This document shows positions 49,777-59,520 of a DNA stretch of 64,000 bases, piece after piece; position 1 is the stretch's first letter; the number at the start of each line of letters is the position of its first letter. A program made the translations under genes and the position numbers. The DNA comes from a virus. The stretch spans positions 32,001-96,000 of the IMG/VR virus record IMGVR_UViG_3300026484_000157. One strand, given 5' to 3'. The notes under the pieces are model-generated. The model saw only the letters and a program-made list of their open reading frames with translations. It did no database searches and was not told the DNA's origin.

Positions 49777-50667
49777 ATGTCAGAATTTAAAAAACTAACA
49801 CTTAGACAACTAGGCTTCATGGATCTATGGATGGAGACGATCAGAGAAAATAATAGAGTGAACCATAAAATTGCACAAAGTTCAATATATTGGGGAACTC
49901 ATATAGATACAACGACTGATTTCTTGTCGTTATTATCAATGTCAGAGGAGCTACCAACATTCGATTACAATAGAATGACATTATCACACATAATAGACTC
50001 ATTAGTAGAAGTCAATGCAATCATAGTATTAGATCCAATCAAGATGATATATAAAGTAACTAACGATATGATAATACATATGTCAACAAAGAAAACAAGA
50101 TTCGAGAGAGGGCAAGATAAAATATTCACAGCTGTCAATCTTAAAATATTTAGAGATTGGGTTAACAGCACAAGAATAACTGGAGATACTATAGTTAGTT
50201 ACAACTCATTCATGGACTCAACATCTGATGAAACATTTAGAGAAATTAAGGAATCTCTTAAAGGCTGTAAAGAACATAAGAAATTCCTCAAAGGTAAAAG
50301 CCAAGAGTTCTTAGACAAATATGAAGATGGATTTTTAGCAAAAATGTCCTATAGCCATCTGAGATACCTTGTAACCAGATTAAGCGATGCTAAGCTACTG
50401 ACTAAATATAAACCAAAAGGAACAAGAAACATTTATACAGTTACCCCAGAATTTGTTGATGTATTAGGAAGACATAAAATCGCTTTTGCTGAAACTCCAG
50501 TTTATACTTATATAAAACCAAAAAAGAAGAGAGTAAAAGAGATCGAGCTAAAAACTGAGGATCTAGATACATTAATAGAAGAACTGATGAATATGAGAAG
50601 TGGTAATTCTAACAAATGTAGAATAGATGCTGATAATACCATCATTGAGTTAAGTTTCAAACAATAG
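49777..50667 (+). CDS. Hypothetical protein, possibly tandem winged-HTH
   Basis: Two similar units ending IIDSLVEVNAI...YKVT and LVTRLSDAKLL...YTVT. Confidence 0.45.
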   Translation: MSEFKKLTLRQLGFMDLWMETIRENNRVNHKIAQSSIYWGTHIDTTTDFLSLLSMSEELPTFDYNRMTLSHIIDSLVEVNAIIVLDPIKMIYKVTNDMIIHMSTKKTRFERGQDKIFTAVNLKIFRDWVNSTRITGDTIVSYNSFMDSTSDETFREIKESLKGCKEHKKFLKGKSQEFLDKYEDGFLAKMSYSHLRYLVTRLSDAKLLTKYKPKGTRNIYTVTPEFVDVLGRHKIAFAETPVYTYIKPKKKRVKEIELKTEDLDTLIEELMNMRSGNSNKCRIDADNTIIELSFKQ

Positions 50668-50669
50668 TA

Positions 50670-50728
50670 TTAAAATTTTTGAAATTCAATTTTATAAGAA
50701 CATAAGATAAAAATCAAAGGATAACAAC
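50670..50728 (+). promoter_or_regulatory. Conserved promoter plus AAGGATAACAAC leader
   Basis: TTAAAA-N17-TATAAG. Confidence 0.75.
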
Positions 50729-51121
50729 ATGAAATTAACAAAAAAACAATCGGACATTTTAAACAACTGGCTTCAAATAACTCAGGGTAGTTGTGGTGCA
50801 GATACATGGGACAAGCTTGGACAAGATAATCACAGCTTCGCAGACATAAATGATATAACTGAAGTTTCAAAAGATTACAGTAAACCTCAAATTATTGGAA
50901 TTGTAGCATCATTGGTAGACAAAGGTCTTATAATGCTAGATCCAGATGCTACAAAAAACAATAAGAGCAAAGTATGGTGGATTTGTGATGAAACGATTGA
51001 TATGATGATCAAACTGGAATCTGATGAGTCATCAGAACCAAAGAAAGAAACCGCAGAACCAGAATTTGATGACTTCACTGATGATGGCTCATTAGAAACA
51101 CTAATGGAATTGGTGGGTTAA
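50729..51121 (+). CDS. Putative winged-HTH protein with acidic tail
   Basis: LTKKQSDIL...IIGIVASLVDKGLI. Confidence 0.5.
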   Translation: MKLTKKQSDILNNWLQITQGSCGADTWDKLGQDNHSFADINDITEVSKDYSKPQIIGIVASLVDKGLIMLDPDATKNNKSKVWWICDETIDMMIKLESDESSEPKKETAEPEFDDFTDDGSLETLMELVG

Positions 51122-51123
51122 TT

Positions 51124-51483
51124 ATGGCAAAGCAAATATTAAGAAAAGAATTATACAAAATCGTTTCTGCTGAAATAACAGAGGAACGATTAGCAAAGTT
51201 ACCAGTTTGGGCACAGCGAGAAATTATGGCACTATCATCAAAAATTGAGAGACTTAACAATATGTTAGATAATACAGATCCAACTGATTTATGGATAGAC
51301 CCACCAGTAGGAGATAAGAAAAGATATTTAGATCCACATTCGAGATTAGTGTTCAGAACAGATCATAAAACTGAAATATCAATCCATATGCCACATGGAT
51401 CAAACAGAGTAAGAATCAGTAAGGATACATGTGGAGAAATTTTCATGATTCCAACTGGTGGTAATACTATGGAGGTATTATAA
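51124..51483 (+). CDS. Hypothetical phage protein
   Basis: RLAKLPVWAQREI motif; 119 aa. Confidence 0.5.
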   Translation: MAKQILRKELYKIVSAEITEERLAKLPVWAQREIMALSSKIERLNNMLDNTDPTDLWIDPPVGDKKRYLDPHSRLVFRTDHKTEISIHMPHGSNRVRISKDTCGEIFMIPTGGNTMEVL

Positions 51484-52196
51484 TGAGCAGATATCATTAT
51501 AAAGATTTTGATGATTACATTAAATCAAATAAGAACCTATTTAAGGATCATAAATTAACTGCCACAAAACTGAATAACACCGATCTAATTATTGATTGGT
51601 CTAAGCCATCTAGTGGAGAAGGATCAATGAGGATAACTTATATAGGTGGATATCTATCTATCAATGGTGACTATGGATCTGCTTCATTCACATGGCATAA
51701 TCCAAATAACACAATAGAATGGATGTCTAAGTGTAACATTGGATATTTTATGTCAAAATGCATATCATCAGAGAAACAGGAAAATGGAATTCATATGATG
51801 GAATGGGATCAAGATGAATGCATTGAGACTGTAGAATCATATATATCTGAAAAAGATGACTGCGATATAAAACCAAATGACGATAGCTGGAAAATGCATA
51901 CAGAATCGGCTTGTGATTGGAATTCATATTTATCAAAATATGGAGAGAATGAATTCGGAGACTCATGGTATGAGACATATCCAAATGCAGGTCTAGTTCT
52001 CCATTCAAGAGTATACATTTGGATACATGCATTACAAGAAATTTCGAAACATCTAGATGAAGATGCTGAATATATATCTGCACAAGTAAAATTCAATGAT
52101 TTGGATTCGGAACTTCTTAAACAGGATGGCGAATTGGATTGGACTATTAATTCAAATAACGGATATATAAAACTTAAAATAATAAAAGAGGACTAA
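51483..52196 (+). CDS. Hypothetical phage protein
   Basis: 237 aa; LSINGDYG...F.W, YFMSK. Confidence 0.5.
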   Translation: MSRYHYKDFDDYIKSNKNLFKDHKLTATKLNNTDLIIDWSKPSSGEGSMRITYIGGYLSINGDYGSASFTWHNPNNTIEWMSKCNIGYFMSKCISSEKQENGIHMMEWDQDECIETVESYISEKDDCDIKPNDDSWKMHTESACDWNSYLSKYGENEFGDSWYETYPNAGLVLHSRVYIWIHALQEISKHLDEDAEYISAQVKFNDLDSELLKQDGELDWTINSNNGYIKLKIIKED

Positions 52197-52199
52197 ATT

Positions 52200-52772
52200 A
52201 TGAGTACCTTATTCAGAGCAAAACATATAAATAGCAATCAGATGGTTATTGGCACAGGCACTACTAATTTCTTGAATATGAAACAATACGATCAATTCAA
52301 AGGATCGGGCAGAACATGGTTGTGGTCGAACTATTCATGGATTGAAGTCGATCCAGATACATTATCTGTTCACCATGAAGGTATGGATGATTCTAATGGC
52401 AAACCAATTTTTGCATCACTAGATAAAGTGAACCATATAGGTGGAGATATACTAATCCCAATAAAGCAGACAACTTCCAATGAGCCAATTGTCTGCTTTA
52501 TTGAAAACGGTCTTTGGAATTATACTGATAGCGACTGGATGATTTCAGGAATACATGGAATCAACAATACTCCATGTGAATATTGTAACATTGTTGAATA
52601 TACAGGCAAACTGTTTGAATTATCAAGTGTAATAGACGGTAAGGATCAAAACATAGAAGTCTGTCTGCAATCTAATGTTGATGAAGAAACAGTTGGATTA
52701 TCAATCGATGGGACACACTATGAAGCATTTATTGATATTAACTTCTGCCCAAAATGTGGTAAGTCATTATGA
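52200..52772 (+). CDS. YopX-like protein with C-terminal zinc ribbon
   Basis: FRAK...VDPDTL...DSNGKPIF...GDIL; CEYC...INFCPKCG. Confidence 0.6.
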   Translation: MSTLFRAKHINSNQMVIGTGTTNFLNMKQYDQFKGSGRTWLWSNYSWIEVDPDTLSVHHEGMDDSNGKPIFASLDKVNHIGGDILIPIKQTTSNEPIVCFIENGLWNYTDSDWMISGIHGINNTPCEYCNIVEYTGKLFELSSVIDGKDQNIEVCLQSNVDEETVGLSIDGTHYEAFIDINFCPKCGKSL

Positions 52773-52966
52773 TTGAAGTTGGGACTCTAGTAACATCACC
52801 GATTTATGGTGATGGCGAGGTCATAAGGTTGTATTCGGACTGCATGATATCGATCAAATTTGTTGAAAACACATTACCAATAATGTGTAGTTCTAGATCT
52901 ATGGAGACAATACATAGTGGTAAAAAATCAAAATTCAAGGTAGTAAATAATGTTAATAAAAGCTAA
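52769..52966 (+). CDS. Small SH3/Tudor-like hypothetical protein
   Basis: VGTLVTSPIYGDGEV; ATGA overlap. Confidence 0.45.
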   Translation: MIEVGTLVTSPIYGDGEVIRLYSDCMISIKFVENTLPIMCSSRSMETIHSGKKSKFKVVNNVNKS

Positions 52967-53222
52967 ATTCAATAGAATAAGATTTAAAATCGAAGAAAGA
53001 GAACGATTAGAGTTAGAAGCAGATAGAATAACTGCTGAATATAATAATTCTATCACAGAAATCACATCACAAATTGCAGATCTGGATATAGATCACAAAT
53101 ATGAAGTCGCATATAATATTGGAGTTTATGCTAAAGAAAACTACAAAAAGTGTGAAAATATGACGATCTATGAAGCATATAAATATGTGGATATGCTAAT
53201 GGAAAAATATGAAGATGAATAG
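52950..53222 (+). CDS. Hypothetical protein
   Basis: 90 aa tiling ORF. Confidence 0.45.
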   Translation: MLIKAKFNRIRFKIEERERLELEADRITAEYNNSITEITSQIADLDIDHKYEVAYNIGVYAKENYKKCENMTIYEAYKYVDMLMEKYEDE

Positions 53223-53225
53223 GTA

Positions 53226-53284
53226 TTAAAACTTCGGCTACCTAATTTTATACAAACATAAGATAAAAATTAAAGGATAACAAC
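53226..53284 (+). promoter_or_regulatory. Conserved promoter plus AAGGATAACAAC leader
   Basis: TTAAAA-N17-TATACA. Confidence 0.75.
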
Positions 53285-53632
53285 ATGAGAAAATCAATCG
53301 CTTCAAACAACGAGATTAAAGAGCTAATAGCAGAAATGGAAAAGCTACAAGCACAAAAATCGGTTATTGAAAAACAATATAATTCAATCAAAAAGACTAT
53401 TACTGACAGACTAATCGCTCCAGATTTAAATGATAAAGACACTGTTTATGAATATGAATTAGGTCTTGACTCAAATAAAATTTTAAGATACGAATTAGTA
53501 CCAACAACTAGATTTGATACTAAAAGATTTACTGCAGAATGCCCTGAGCTTAAAGCAAAATATACAAATGCAACAGTAAATAAAGTCTTCAAAATTATTG
53601 AGGAGAAATCAGAAGAGAAGGTGGAAAAGTAA
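53285..53632 (+). CDS. Hypothetical protein
   Basis: Coiled coil, then RFDTKRFTAECPELKAKY. Confidence 0.5.
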   Translation: MRKSIASNNEIKELIAEMEKLQAQKSVIEKQYNSIKKTITDRLIAPDLNDKDTVYEYELGLDSNKILRYELVPTTRFDTKRFTAECPELKAKYTNATVNKVFKIIEEKSEEKVEK

Positions 53633-54144
53633 TGGCACAGTCAACAACTGAAATAAAACAAGCCATTGCAGATCAAGTGAATTATAAATTGCCATTAACT
53701 GTCAGCAATCAATTTCTTGCAGTTAATGTAAAGGATTTTCTTGGTAAAATACTACAGGAAGACTCTTACATTCTGCCTTATGGTTATTTGGAAGAATATT
53801 CTGAATACAACTACATAAGATTGGACGATCTGATTGCAAAACTTATTAAAGATGACAACACTAGATTCATCAATACTGCAATCAAACTGGCAATAGCAGT
53901 TAATTCTGAGGAATTTAACATTCATTTTAATGAGTTTAATTTATTAGCAAAATTCTGCTATAATAGAATTGATCAAGACAAATTTGTACAACTTATGATG
54001 CCAAGATATAATGATCGCAACTATATCATAACAAAATGGGATGAATTCAGAAATGACCCATTAAGATTCATTATTAGTCGATCTGAGAGAGAATTATTTG
54101 ATGAGATTTCGAGAGAGATTATAATGACAAAATATAAAGGATAA
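53632..54144 (+). CDS. Hypothetical protein
   Basis: 170 aa, TAATG-coupled. Confidence 0.5.
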   Translation: MAQSTTEIKQAIADQVNYKLPLTVSNQFLAVNVKDFLGKILQEDSYILPYGYLEEYSEYNYIRLDDLIAKLIKDDNTRFINTAIKLAIAVNSEEFNIHFNEFNLLAKFCYNRIDQDKFVQLMMPRYNDRNYIITKWDEFRNDPLRFIISRSERELFDEISREIIMTKYKG

Positions 54145-54147
54145 TTA

Positions 54148-54441
54148 ATGCCAAAAATTTACAAGCAGTTACAAGATATTAAAATTGGCAATCACTTAGA
54201 AACATTGGATTTTGATGGTCACACACCAGAGTTATATATAATATTAGATTTGAAAAAAGATCAAGAATCAATTAAATTAGATGACAAAAGAGTATTATAT
54301 ACTGATAATAAAAACATAATTGTTGTTGCTAAAAGAATGGCAAATCAATCAATATTGGTGGAAACTGTCATTAATTCAATCAATATTGAGGTATACAAAA
54401 ATCAAATTATTAGCCATTACTTACCAGAGGGAGAAGAATAA
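54148..54441 (+). CDS. Hypothetical protein
   Basis: 97 aa, SD AAGGA. Confidence 0.45.
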   Translation: MPKIYKQLQDIKIGNHLETLDFDGHTPELYIILDLKKDQESIKLDDKRVLYTDNKNIIVVAKRMANQSILVETVINSINIEVYKNQIISHYLPEGEE

Positions 54442-54650
54442 TGGCTAATATGAGCTACTGCAGATTTGAAAATACCACTGCAGATTTTGAAGATTGTTAT
54501 GATGCACTAACTGAGGCAGGATCGATTGAGAATTATATTAAGACTAAAGATCCATCAACTGAAGAGATAATGGCAATTCAAGAATTGATAAACCTTGCTA
54601 AGGCTATGGTATCAAATTTTGGAAACATTGAAGGATCAAATAATGGCTAA
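54441..54650 (+). CDS. Conserved small phage protein
   Basis: MANMSYCRFENT..D..DC N-terminal motif recurrent in phages. Confidence 0.55.
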   Translation: MANMSYCRFENTTADFEDCYDALTEAGSIENYIKTKDPSTEEIMAIQELINLAKAMVSNFGNIEGSNNG

Positions 54651-54918
54651 GCACTTACAACTAGCAAAGAATATTGCTCTCGGCAAATTATTCTCTGAGC
54701 TTCCAACGGACTTAGTGGAACCAAAATGCACACCAGAAGAACAATGGGAATTATTCGAAAAGGTATACAGACATGAATCAATAAAAGATGATAGATTTGT
54801 CTTGATTGATCAGTTGTCTTATTTGTCATATAGAACCATATGGGAATTAGCAGATGACATTGTTAAAGCCCAAATTGAATTTCTTGAAATTTGCATTGAC
54901 ACTGGTGTAACAGACTAA
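54643..54918 (+). CDS. Hypothetical protein
   Basis: Start ATG 54643 with SD AAGGA. Confidence 0.45.
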   Translation: MAKHLQLAKNIALGKLFSELPTDLVEPKCTPEEQWELFEKVYRHESIKDDRFVLIDQLSYLSYRTIWELADDIVKAQIEFLEICIDTGVTD

Positions 54919-54963
54919 AAACACTGTTAAAAACAAACATATAATGCTATGTAAGGATTAGTA

Positions 54964-55182
54964 ATGAATAAGAAGACCCACAGAGTGTCATCTCTCTTCT
55001 CGGCAGAGAAATGGCTACTGGAAAATGGATTTAATGAGAAAGAAGTAATAATAAATCAAGATTCTCTAACAGTTCATCCAAATGAGAATGATACAGTAAT
55101 GGTATCAATAGGAGAAACTATGCATCTAGAAGGTAAATTCAAAGATGGAACATATGATTTCTGGGTTACTGACAATGACTAG
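54964..55182 (+). CDS. Hypothetical protein
   Basis: 72 aa, SD AAGGA. Confidence 0.45.
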   Translation: MNKKTHRVSSLFSAEKWLLENGFNEKEVIINQDSLTVHPNENDTVMVSIGETMHLEGKFKDGTYDFWVTDND

Positions 55183-55537
55183 AATAAAATGTAATCTATG
55201 TAATGTGAACAAAGTCTACAGAAACGATGAAAATAGTGAAATACTGCACTTTACAGGGTATATTAACAATGAATGGCATCACCATTGGCACATTTGTATT
55301 GAATGTTCGGATTTCAACAACTTAAATATATCAAGAAGATTAGATAAAAAACTGTTGAATATAAAGATTGGTCAGCAGTTCATGAAGAGTAATTCGTGTA
55401 ACATACCCTATGAAGTTTCAAAAATCAATGGGAACACAATTTATATGATACAATTCAATGGATCGGCAACTGATGTTATAACAATATCAAGAAAGATCTC
55501 AAAAGAAGATTTTCATAAACAATTTACTAAGGTATAA
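55175..55537 (+). CDS. Hypothetical zinc-finger protein
   Basis: CNLC...CIEC. Confidence 0.45.
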   Translation: MTRIKCNLCNVNKVYRNDENSEILHFTGYINNEWHHHWHICIECSDFNNLNISRRLDKKLLNIKIGQQFMKSNSCNIPYEVSKINGNTIYMIQFNGSATDVITISRKISKEDFHKQFTKV

Positions 55538-55539
55538 AA

Positions 55540-56523
55540 ATGACAAATACACTACATGACCCAAGATTAACCGATGAACAGAAAAAATTATACGATGAAT
55601 TTTCTGTTAATGAAATGTTACCAGTAGAAGAACATGAAACTCCAATTGGTAACATACTGTTCAAAAGAATAGATAAATATAAACCAGTTGATAACATCCA
55701 TGTTGGTGGTGGAAAAACTTTACAGTCTGTAACATTGATGATAAATAACATCAATCAAATCAGAGACCATTTTGATTCAAATGTTTCAACAGCAGCAGCA
55801 CTGACATCACCTCAACATCATTTGGTATCTGGTGTTGCCAAGAAACTAGGATTGAATTCATTTGTGGGTATACAAGGGACTCCTGAGAGACTACCAATCA
55901 TTTTAGAAAAATACTCAATGATAAAAGCAGCACAATATTATGATGCGACGATATTACCAGTTACTAAAGCAGCATACCAAGTTGTAATAGAATCTAGAAT
56001 GAATAAACAATTAGCAAAAGATGGTATAAAGCATTTCTTTATCAAATTCGGTATTAACATTGATAAAGACAGGGATGCAATTCTAGGATCAATAGCTAAC
56101 CAAGTTGAAAACATTCCTGATGAATTAGATCACCTAATCATCCCAAGTGGATCATGTCTATCTGCAGCAGCAATTATTAATGGCATTCATAAATTTAAAA
56201 AGAAAATCAAAAATATTCATGTAATTCAAATAGCAGGTGGCTCTCATGCCAAAAATATAGATGTAAATATGCCAGTATTGGCTCACTATAAATATCAATT
56301 CCACTTAATAACTGATATCCCATATAAAGAACATAGATATTATACTATTGGTAAAGATGATCAAGAATTTCAAATCGATCCAGTATATGAGGGTAAGGCT
56401 TATGAATATCTTCTGAACAATCATAAAGAGATGGGAATAAAACCAGATGACAAGACACTATTTTGGGTTGTCGGATCGACTGTATCAACTAGAAAACACT
56501 TTGGTGATTCATTAGGATACTAA
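55540..56523 (+). CDS. PLP-dependent fold-type II enzyme (ACC deaminase/D-cysteine desulfhydrase-like)
   Basis: LFKRIDK...GGGKT (PLP Lys), SPQ, IIPSGSCLS, IDPVYEGKAY, LFWVVG. Confidence 0.75.
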   Translation: MTNTLHDPRLTDEQKKLYDEFSVNEMLPVEEHETPIGNILFKRIDKYKPVDNIHVGGGKTLQSVTLMINNINQIRDHFDSNVSTAAALTSPQHHLVSGVAKKLGLNSFVGIQGTPERLPIILEKYSMIKAAQYYDATILPVTKAAYQVVIESRMNKQLAKDGIKHFFIKFGINIDKDRDAILGSIANQVENIPDELDHLIIPSGSCLSAAAIINGIHKFKKKIKNIHVIQIAGGSHAKNIDVNMPVLAHYKYQFHLITDIPYKEHRYYTIGKDDQEFQIDPVYEGKAYEYLLNNHKEMGIKPDDKTLFWVVGSTVSTRKHFGDSLGY

Positions 56524-56546
56524 ATATAAATTGAGAAGAGGGAAAG

Positions 56547-56654
56547 ATGCCAAAACAAAACATAAAACTAAGAGATAAATTATTGTTAATAATAGCTCTA
56601 GTCGGTGGAATTACTGATTTAATTTTGATAGTTAATGTTTGTCATCATTGGTAA
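56547..56654 (+). CDS. Small single-TM protein (35 aa), not in ORF track
   Basis: MPKQNIKLRDKLLLIIALVGGITDLILIVNVCHHW; purine-rich SD. Confidence 0.4.
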   Translation: MPKQNIKLRDKLLLIIALVGGITDLILIVNVCHHW

Positions 56655-56659
56655 TTAGT

Positions 56660-57031
56660 ATGAAATTAGGAATCATTGGTAGTAGGAATATTACCAATTT
56701 CAAAACTTTTGAGCCATACATCACCAAAATTGTACAAGATGAGAACATAACAACTTTGGTATCTGGTGGTGCAACAGGTGTTGACAGTTTTGCTGAAAAA
56801 TATTCAGTTAAACATCAACTCAAATTAATTCTATATAAACCAAACTGGCAAAAACATGGAATGAATGCAGGATTTATAAGAAACCATGACATAATTAAAT
56901 CTTCTGATATTATATTGGCAATTTGGGATGGATCTTCAAAAGGCACAAAACACTCGATTAATTTAGCAAACAACTATGGGAAGCCTATAAAGATTATAAC
57001 AGTAAGGAGAAAAAATGGCAACAAAACATGA
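56660..57031 (+). CDS. SLOG family (YspA/DUF2493-like) protein
   Basis: IIGSRN, VSGGATGVD, AGFIRNHDI, AIWDGSSKGT. Confidence 0.85.
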   Translation: MKLGIIGSRNITNFKTFEPYITKIVQDENITTLVSGGATGVDSFAEKYSVKHQLKLILYKPNWQKHGMNAGFIRNHDIIKSSDIILAIWDGSSKGTKHSINLANNYGKPIKIITVRRKNGNKT

Positions 57032-57092
57032 ATTCTGTGAGTTGGCAACATTCGAACAACTATTAACTACAAAAGATATGAAAAGGATATAA
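57015..57092 (+). CDS. 25-aa peptide, not in ORF track
   Basis: Strong SD AAGGAG; MATKHEFCELATFEQLLTTKDMKRI. Confidence 0.35.
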   Translation: MATKHEFCELATFEQLLTTKDMKRI

Positions 57093-57094
57093 AA

Positions 57095-57934
57095 ATGACG
57101 ATCGAAGAGACTATGGCTATCATAGATGCTAATGGCATTTGTTATGATACAATAAATAGGAACCATTTAAAAATTGATACTGCCAATGGCACCATAAATT
57201 TCTACCCATCTTCAGGGACATTCCATTATAACAATGAAAAATCAATAGGTAAATCTGTTTACCAACTGATGGAACATTTAGGAATAAACGAGCCTAGATC
57301 ATTTGTTGCTTCATCTGATGAAGAGGAAGATGACACATTCGATTGGCTAGATGAAAATGTTCCATCTATTGAGAAATCACCGATTGAAAATAAAACTATT
57401 AAGCCACCACCTCCACAGAAATCAAATAATAACATTCTGCGAAATATCTCAATGGCTGATAGTAGAAATATTATGAAGCTTAAATATAAGCGACTGGATA
57501 AAGATGCATTTCCACCAAGAAAAACCAGACTAACTGATGCAGGTGTAGATTTATATGCAGTAAAAGATGCAGTATGGCAACAACATGGATCTCAATGGTT
57601 CTGCATTGTTGAAACAGGAATTGCTCTTGAAATTCCCCCATATCATTATCTAGCAACTGCACCTAGATCATCTGCATTATTTGGTGATGATCATGTGTCA
57701 ACATTCCATTCTGTATTAGATACTGGATATAAGGGAGAGATCACATTTTTGTGTAATTCATTTAGTGAAGAAATGCCACAGATTATAAAAAGAGGTGATA
57801 GAATGTCGCAGGTGGTTTTAGTTCCTATCCCAATGATAGATACTTCTTTTGAAGAGGTTGAAGAATTACCAAGCCATTCAGATCGTGATAAATTAGGATT
57901 CGGAAGTTCAGGAGACACACCATGGGAAAAATAA
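57095..57934 (+). CDS. dut: Trimeric dUTPase with extra N-terminal domain
   Basis: DAGVDL, TGIALEIP, APRSS, VLDTGYKGE, RMSQ, RDKLGFGSSG. Confidence 0.88.
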   Translation: MTIEETMAIIDANGICYDTINRNHLKIDTANGTINFYPSSGTFHYNNEKSIGKSVYQLMEHLGINEPRSFVASSDEEEDDTFDWLDENVPSIEKSPIENKTIKPPPPQKSNNNILRNISMADSRNIMKLKYKRLDKDAFPPRKTRLTDAGVDLYAVKDAVWQQHGSQWFCIVETGIALEIPPYHYLATAPRSSALFGDDHVSTFHSVLDTGYKGEITFLCNSFSEEMPQIIKRGDRMSQVVLVPIPMIDTSFEEVEELPSHSDRDKLGFGSSGDTPWEK

Positions 57935-58665
57935 AAACAATATATCTAGTAACTGGCAAAAAGAGATCAGGTAAAGATTACTTATCGGATTTAATGCTAG
58001 ATGAACTGAATAACTCTGTAACTGCAAAGTTTTCAGGACTGATGAAGTCAATTACTCAATCATTATTTTCTATTGATTCTGATCAACTAGAAGAATATAA
58101 AAATGATGAAACAATACTTATTGGTGATGTGACTAAAGTTAGAATGGACTCTCAAAGTTTGGCAACTCATTTAGTTGAGTTATATGACATTTTCAATAAT
58201 TCATTCATATTTGGAGAACATGACAAGATAAACATTAATTATGATATTGTCTATCAAGTAGTGAAAAAAGTGATGAAAGATACGAAAGTTGAAGATATTA
58301 CTTTCAGAAAATGGCTTCAAATATTTGGGACAGATATTACATATCCATTATTTGGTGATGATATCTGGGCTAGATACACATCTTATGAAATCAACCAGCT
58401 ACTTAAAAAACATGACTCTGTTATAGTTTCTGATTTCAGATTTCCTCATGAATATGAAGTAGTTAATTCAATGGCGAATAATCTCTATAAACTAGTAACC
58501 ATTAAGGTAATAGATCACAATCTTGAAGATTCATCTGATTCTCATATTAGTGAGAATGCCTTGAGTGGGTTTCACTTCGATAAACTGTTAGATAATTCAG
58601 TAAAAAACGGAGAAGAACCTATAAGAAAGTGGATAAATGAAATCATAATAAAAGGAGTCGATTAA
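57922..58665 (+). CDS. Deoxynucleoside monophosphate kinase
   Basis: TGKKRSGKD, RKWLQIFGTD, IW, VIVSDFRFPHE, HISE. Confidence 0.88.
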   Translation: MGKIKTIYLVTGKKRSGKDYLSDLMLDELNNSVTAKFSGLMKSITQSLFSIDSDQLEEYKNDETILIGDVTKVRMDSQSLATHLVELYDIFNNSFIFGEHDKININYDIVYQVVKKVMKDTKVEDITFRKWLQIFGTDITYPLFGDDIWARYTSYEINQLLKKHDSVIVSDFRFPHEYEVVNSMANNLYKLVTIKVIDHNLEDSSDSHISENALSGFHFDKLLDNSVKNGEEPIRKWINEIIIKGVD

Positions 58666-58725
58666 TGAAAATATCAGCTTAAACAGGCATCACAATCAAA
58701 GAAACAAGCAAGCATTAAGTTGGAT

Positions 58726-58741
58726 TTGCGATATATCGCAA
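58726..58741. repeat. Perfect 16-bp palindrome upstream of SSB-like gene
   Basis: TTGCGATATATCGCAA. Confidence 0.7.
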
Positions 58742-58774
58742 CCGTAAAAGCAAATAAAAAACAAGGAAAATAAA

Positions 58775-59485
58775 ATGGCATATCAAGCTGAAGAACTAGA
58801 ATTAGACGACATCGAGATCAAAGAAGAGGATCTTTCAAAACTAAAGTTAAAATTTGATCAAGACAAACAAAAAGTTAGAATTGGTTTCCCACTATTAGGA
58901 AAAACAGGTAAAGTAGCAATTAAGAGAATCAGATATTTTCCATTCTCTGAAAAATACAGAAAGCAATTTCTTGTAACAGGTGATGAGGAATTTGATAAAG
59001 AAATTGAAAAGTATATGGGTGCACCAAAAGACAAATATGTTACTGCAGTGGTACATTACCAAACTGACATGAATGGAAAACTTATTAAGAATGGTGGTCT
59101 TAGTTACATAATCAGACCTTTTGTAATTCCACAAAATAAACTGCCAGTTTTACAAGCAAGTTCAGCTGAGTTTCCATTGAATGAGCATGATTACATTCTT
59201 ACTTGTACAAATAAACAGTTCCAAAATTTTGATCTTAGCCCAACTAAAGATGCAATTTGGTTAAAAAATGACAAGATTAAATCTCAAATCATGTCAGAAA
59301 TTCAAGAAATGAATGAGGCAGGTCTTCATCAAGCAGTTGCGATCGAAGCATCTAAAGAGAAGATCAAAGAGTGGTTAGAAATTGGCAAAGAACCAGATCC
59401 TGAGCCAGAAGATGTTCCAGAACCATCAGGTGGATCAATCGATCTAGATGATGACGATGATATATCGGATCTTCTAGAAGATTAA
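58775..59485 (+). CDS. Putative single-stranded DNA-binding protein
   Basis: OB-like beta pattern and strongly acidic C-tail (DLDDDDDISDLLED) in replication cluster. Confidence 0.6.
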   Translation: MAYQAEELELDDIEIKEEDLSKLKLKFDQDKQKVRIGFPLLGKTGKVAIKRIRYFPFSEKYRKQFLVTGDEEFDKEIEKYMGAPKDKYVTAVVHYQTDMNGKLIKNGGLSYIIRPFVIPQNKLPVLQASSAEFPLNEHDYILTCTNKQFQNFDLSPTKDAIWLKNDKIKSQIMSEIQEMNEAGLHQAVAIEASKEKIKEWLEIGKEPDPEPEDVPEPSGGSIDLDDDDDISDLLED

Positions 59486-59489
59486 CTCC

Positions 59490-59520
59490 AAACAAGTCGG
59501 CATTTGCCGACTTAGTTTTA
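59490..59520 (+). terminator. Rho-independent terminator-like hairpin
   Basis: AAGTCGGC-ATTT-GCCGACTT followed by AGTTTTA. Confidence 0.65.
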
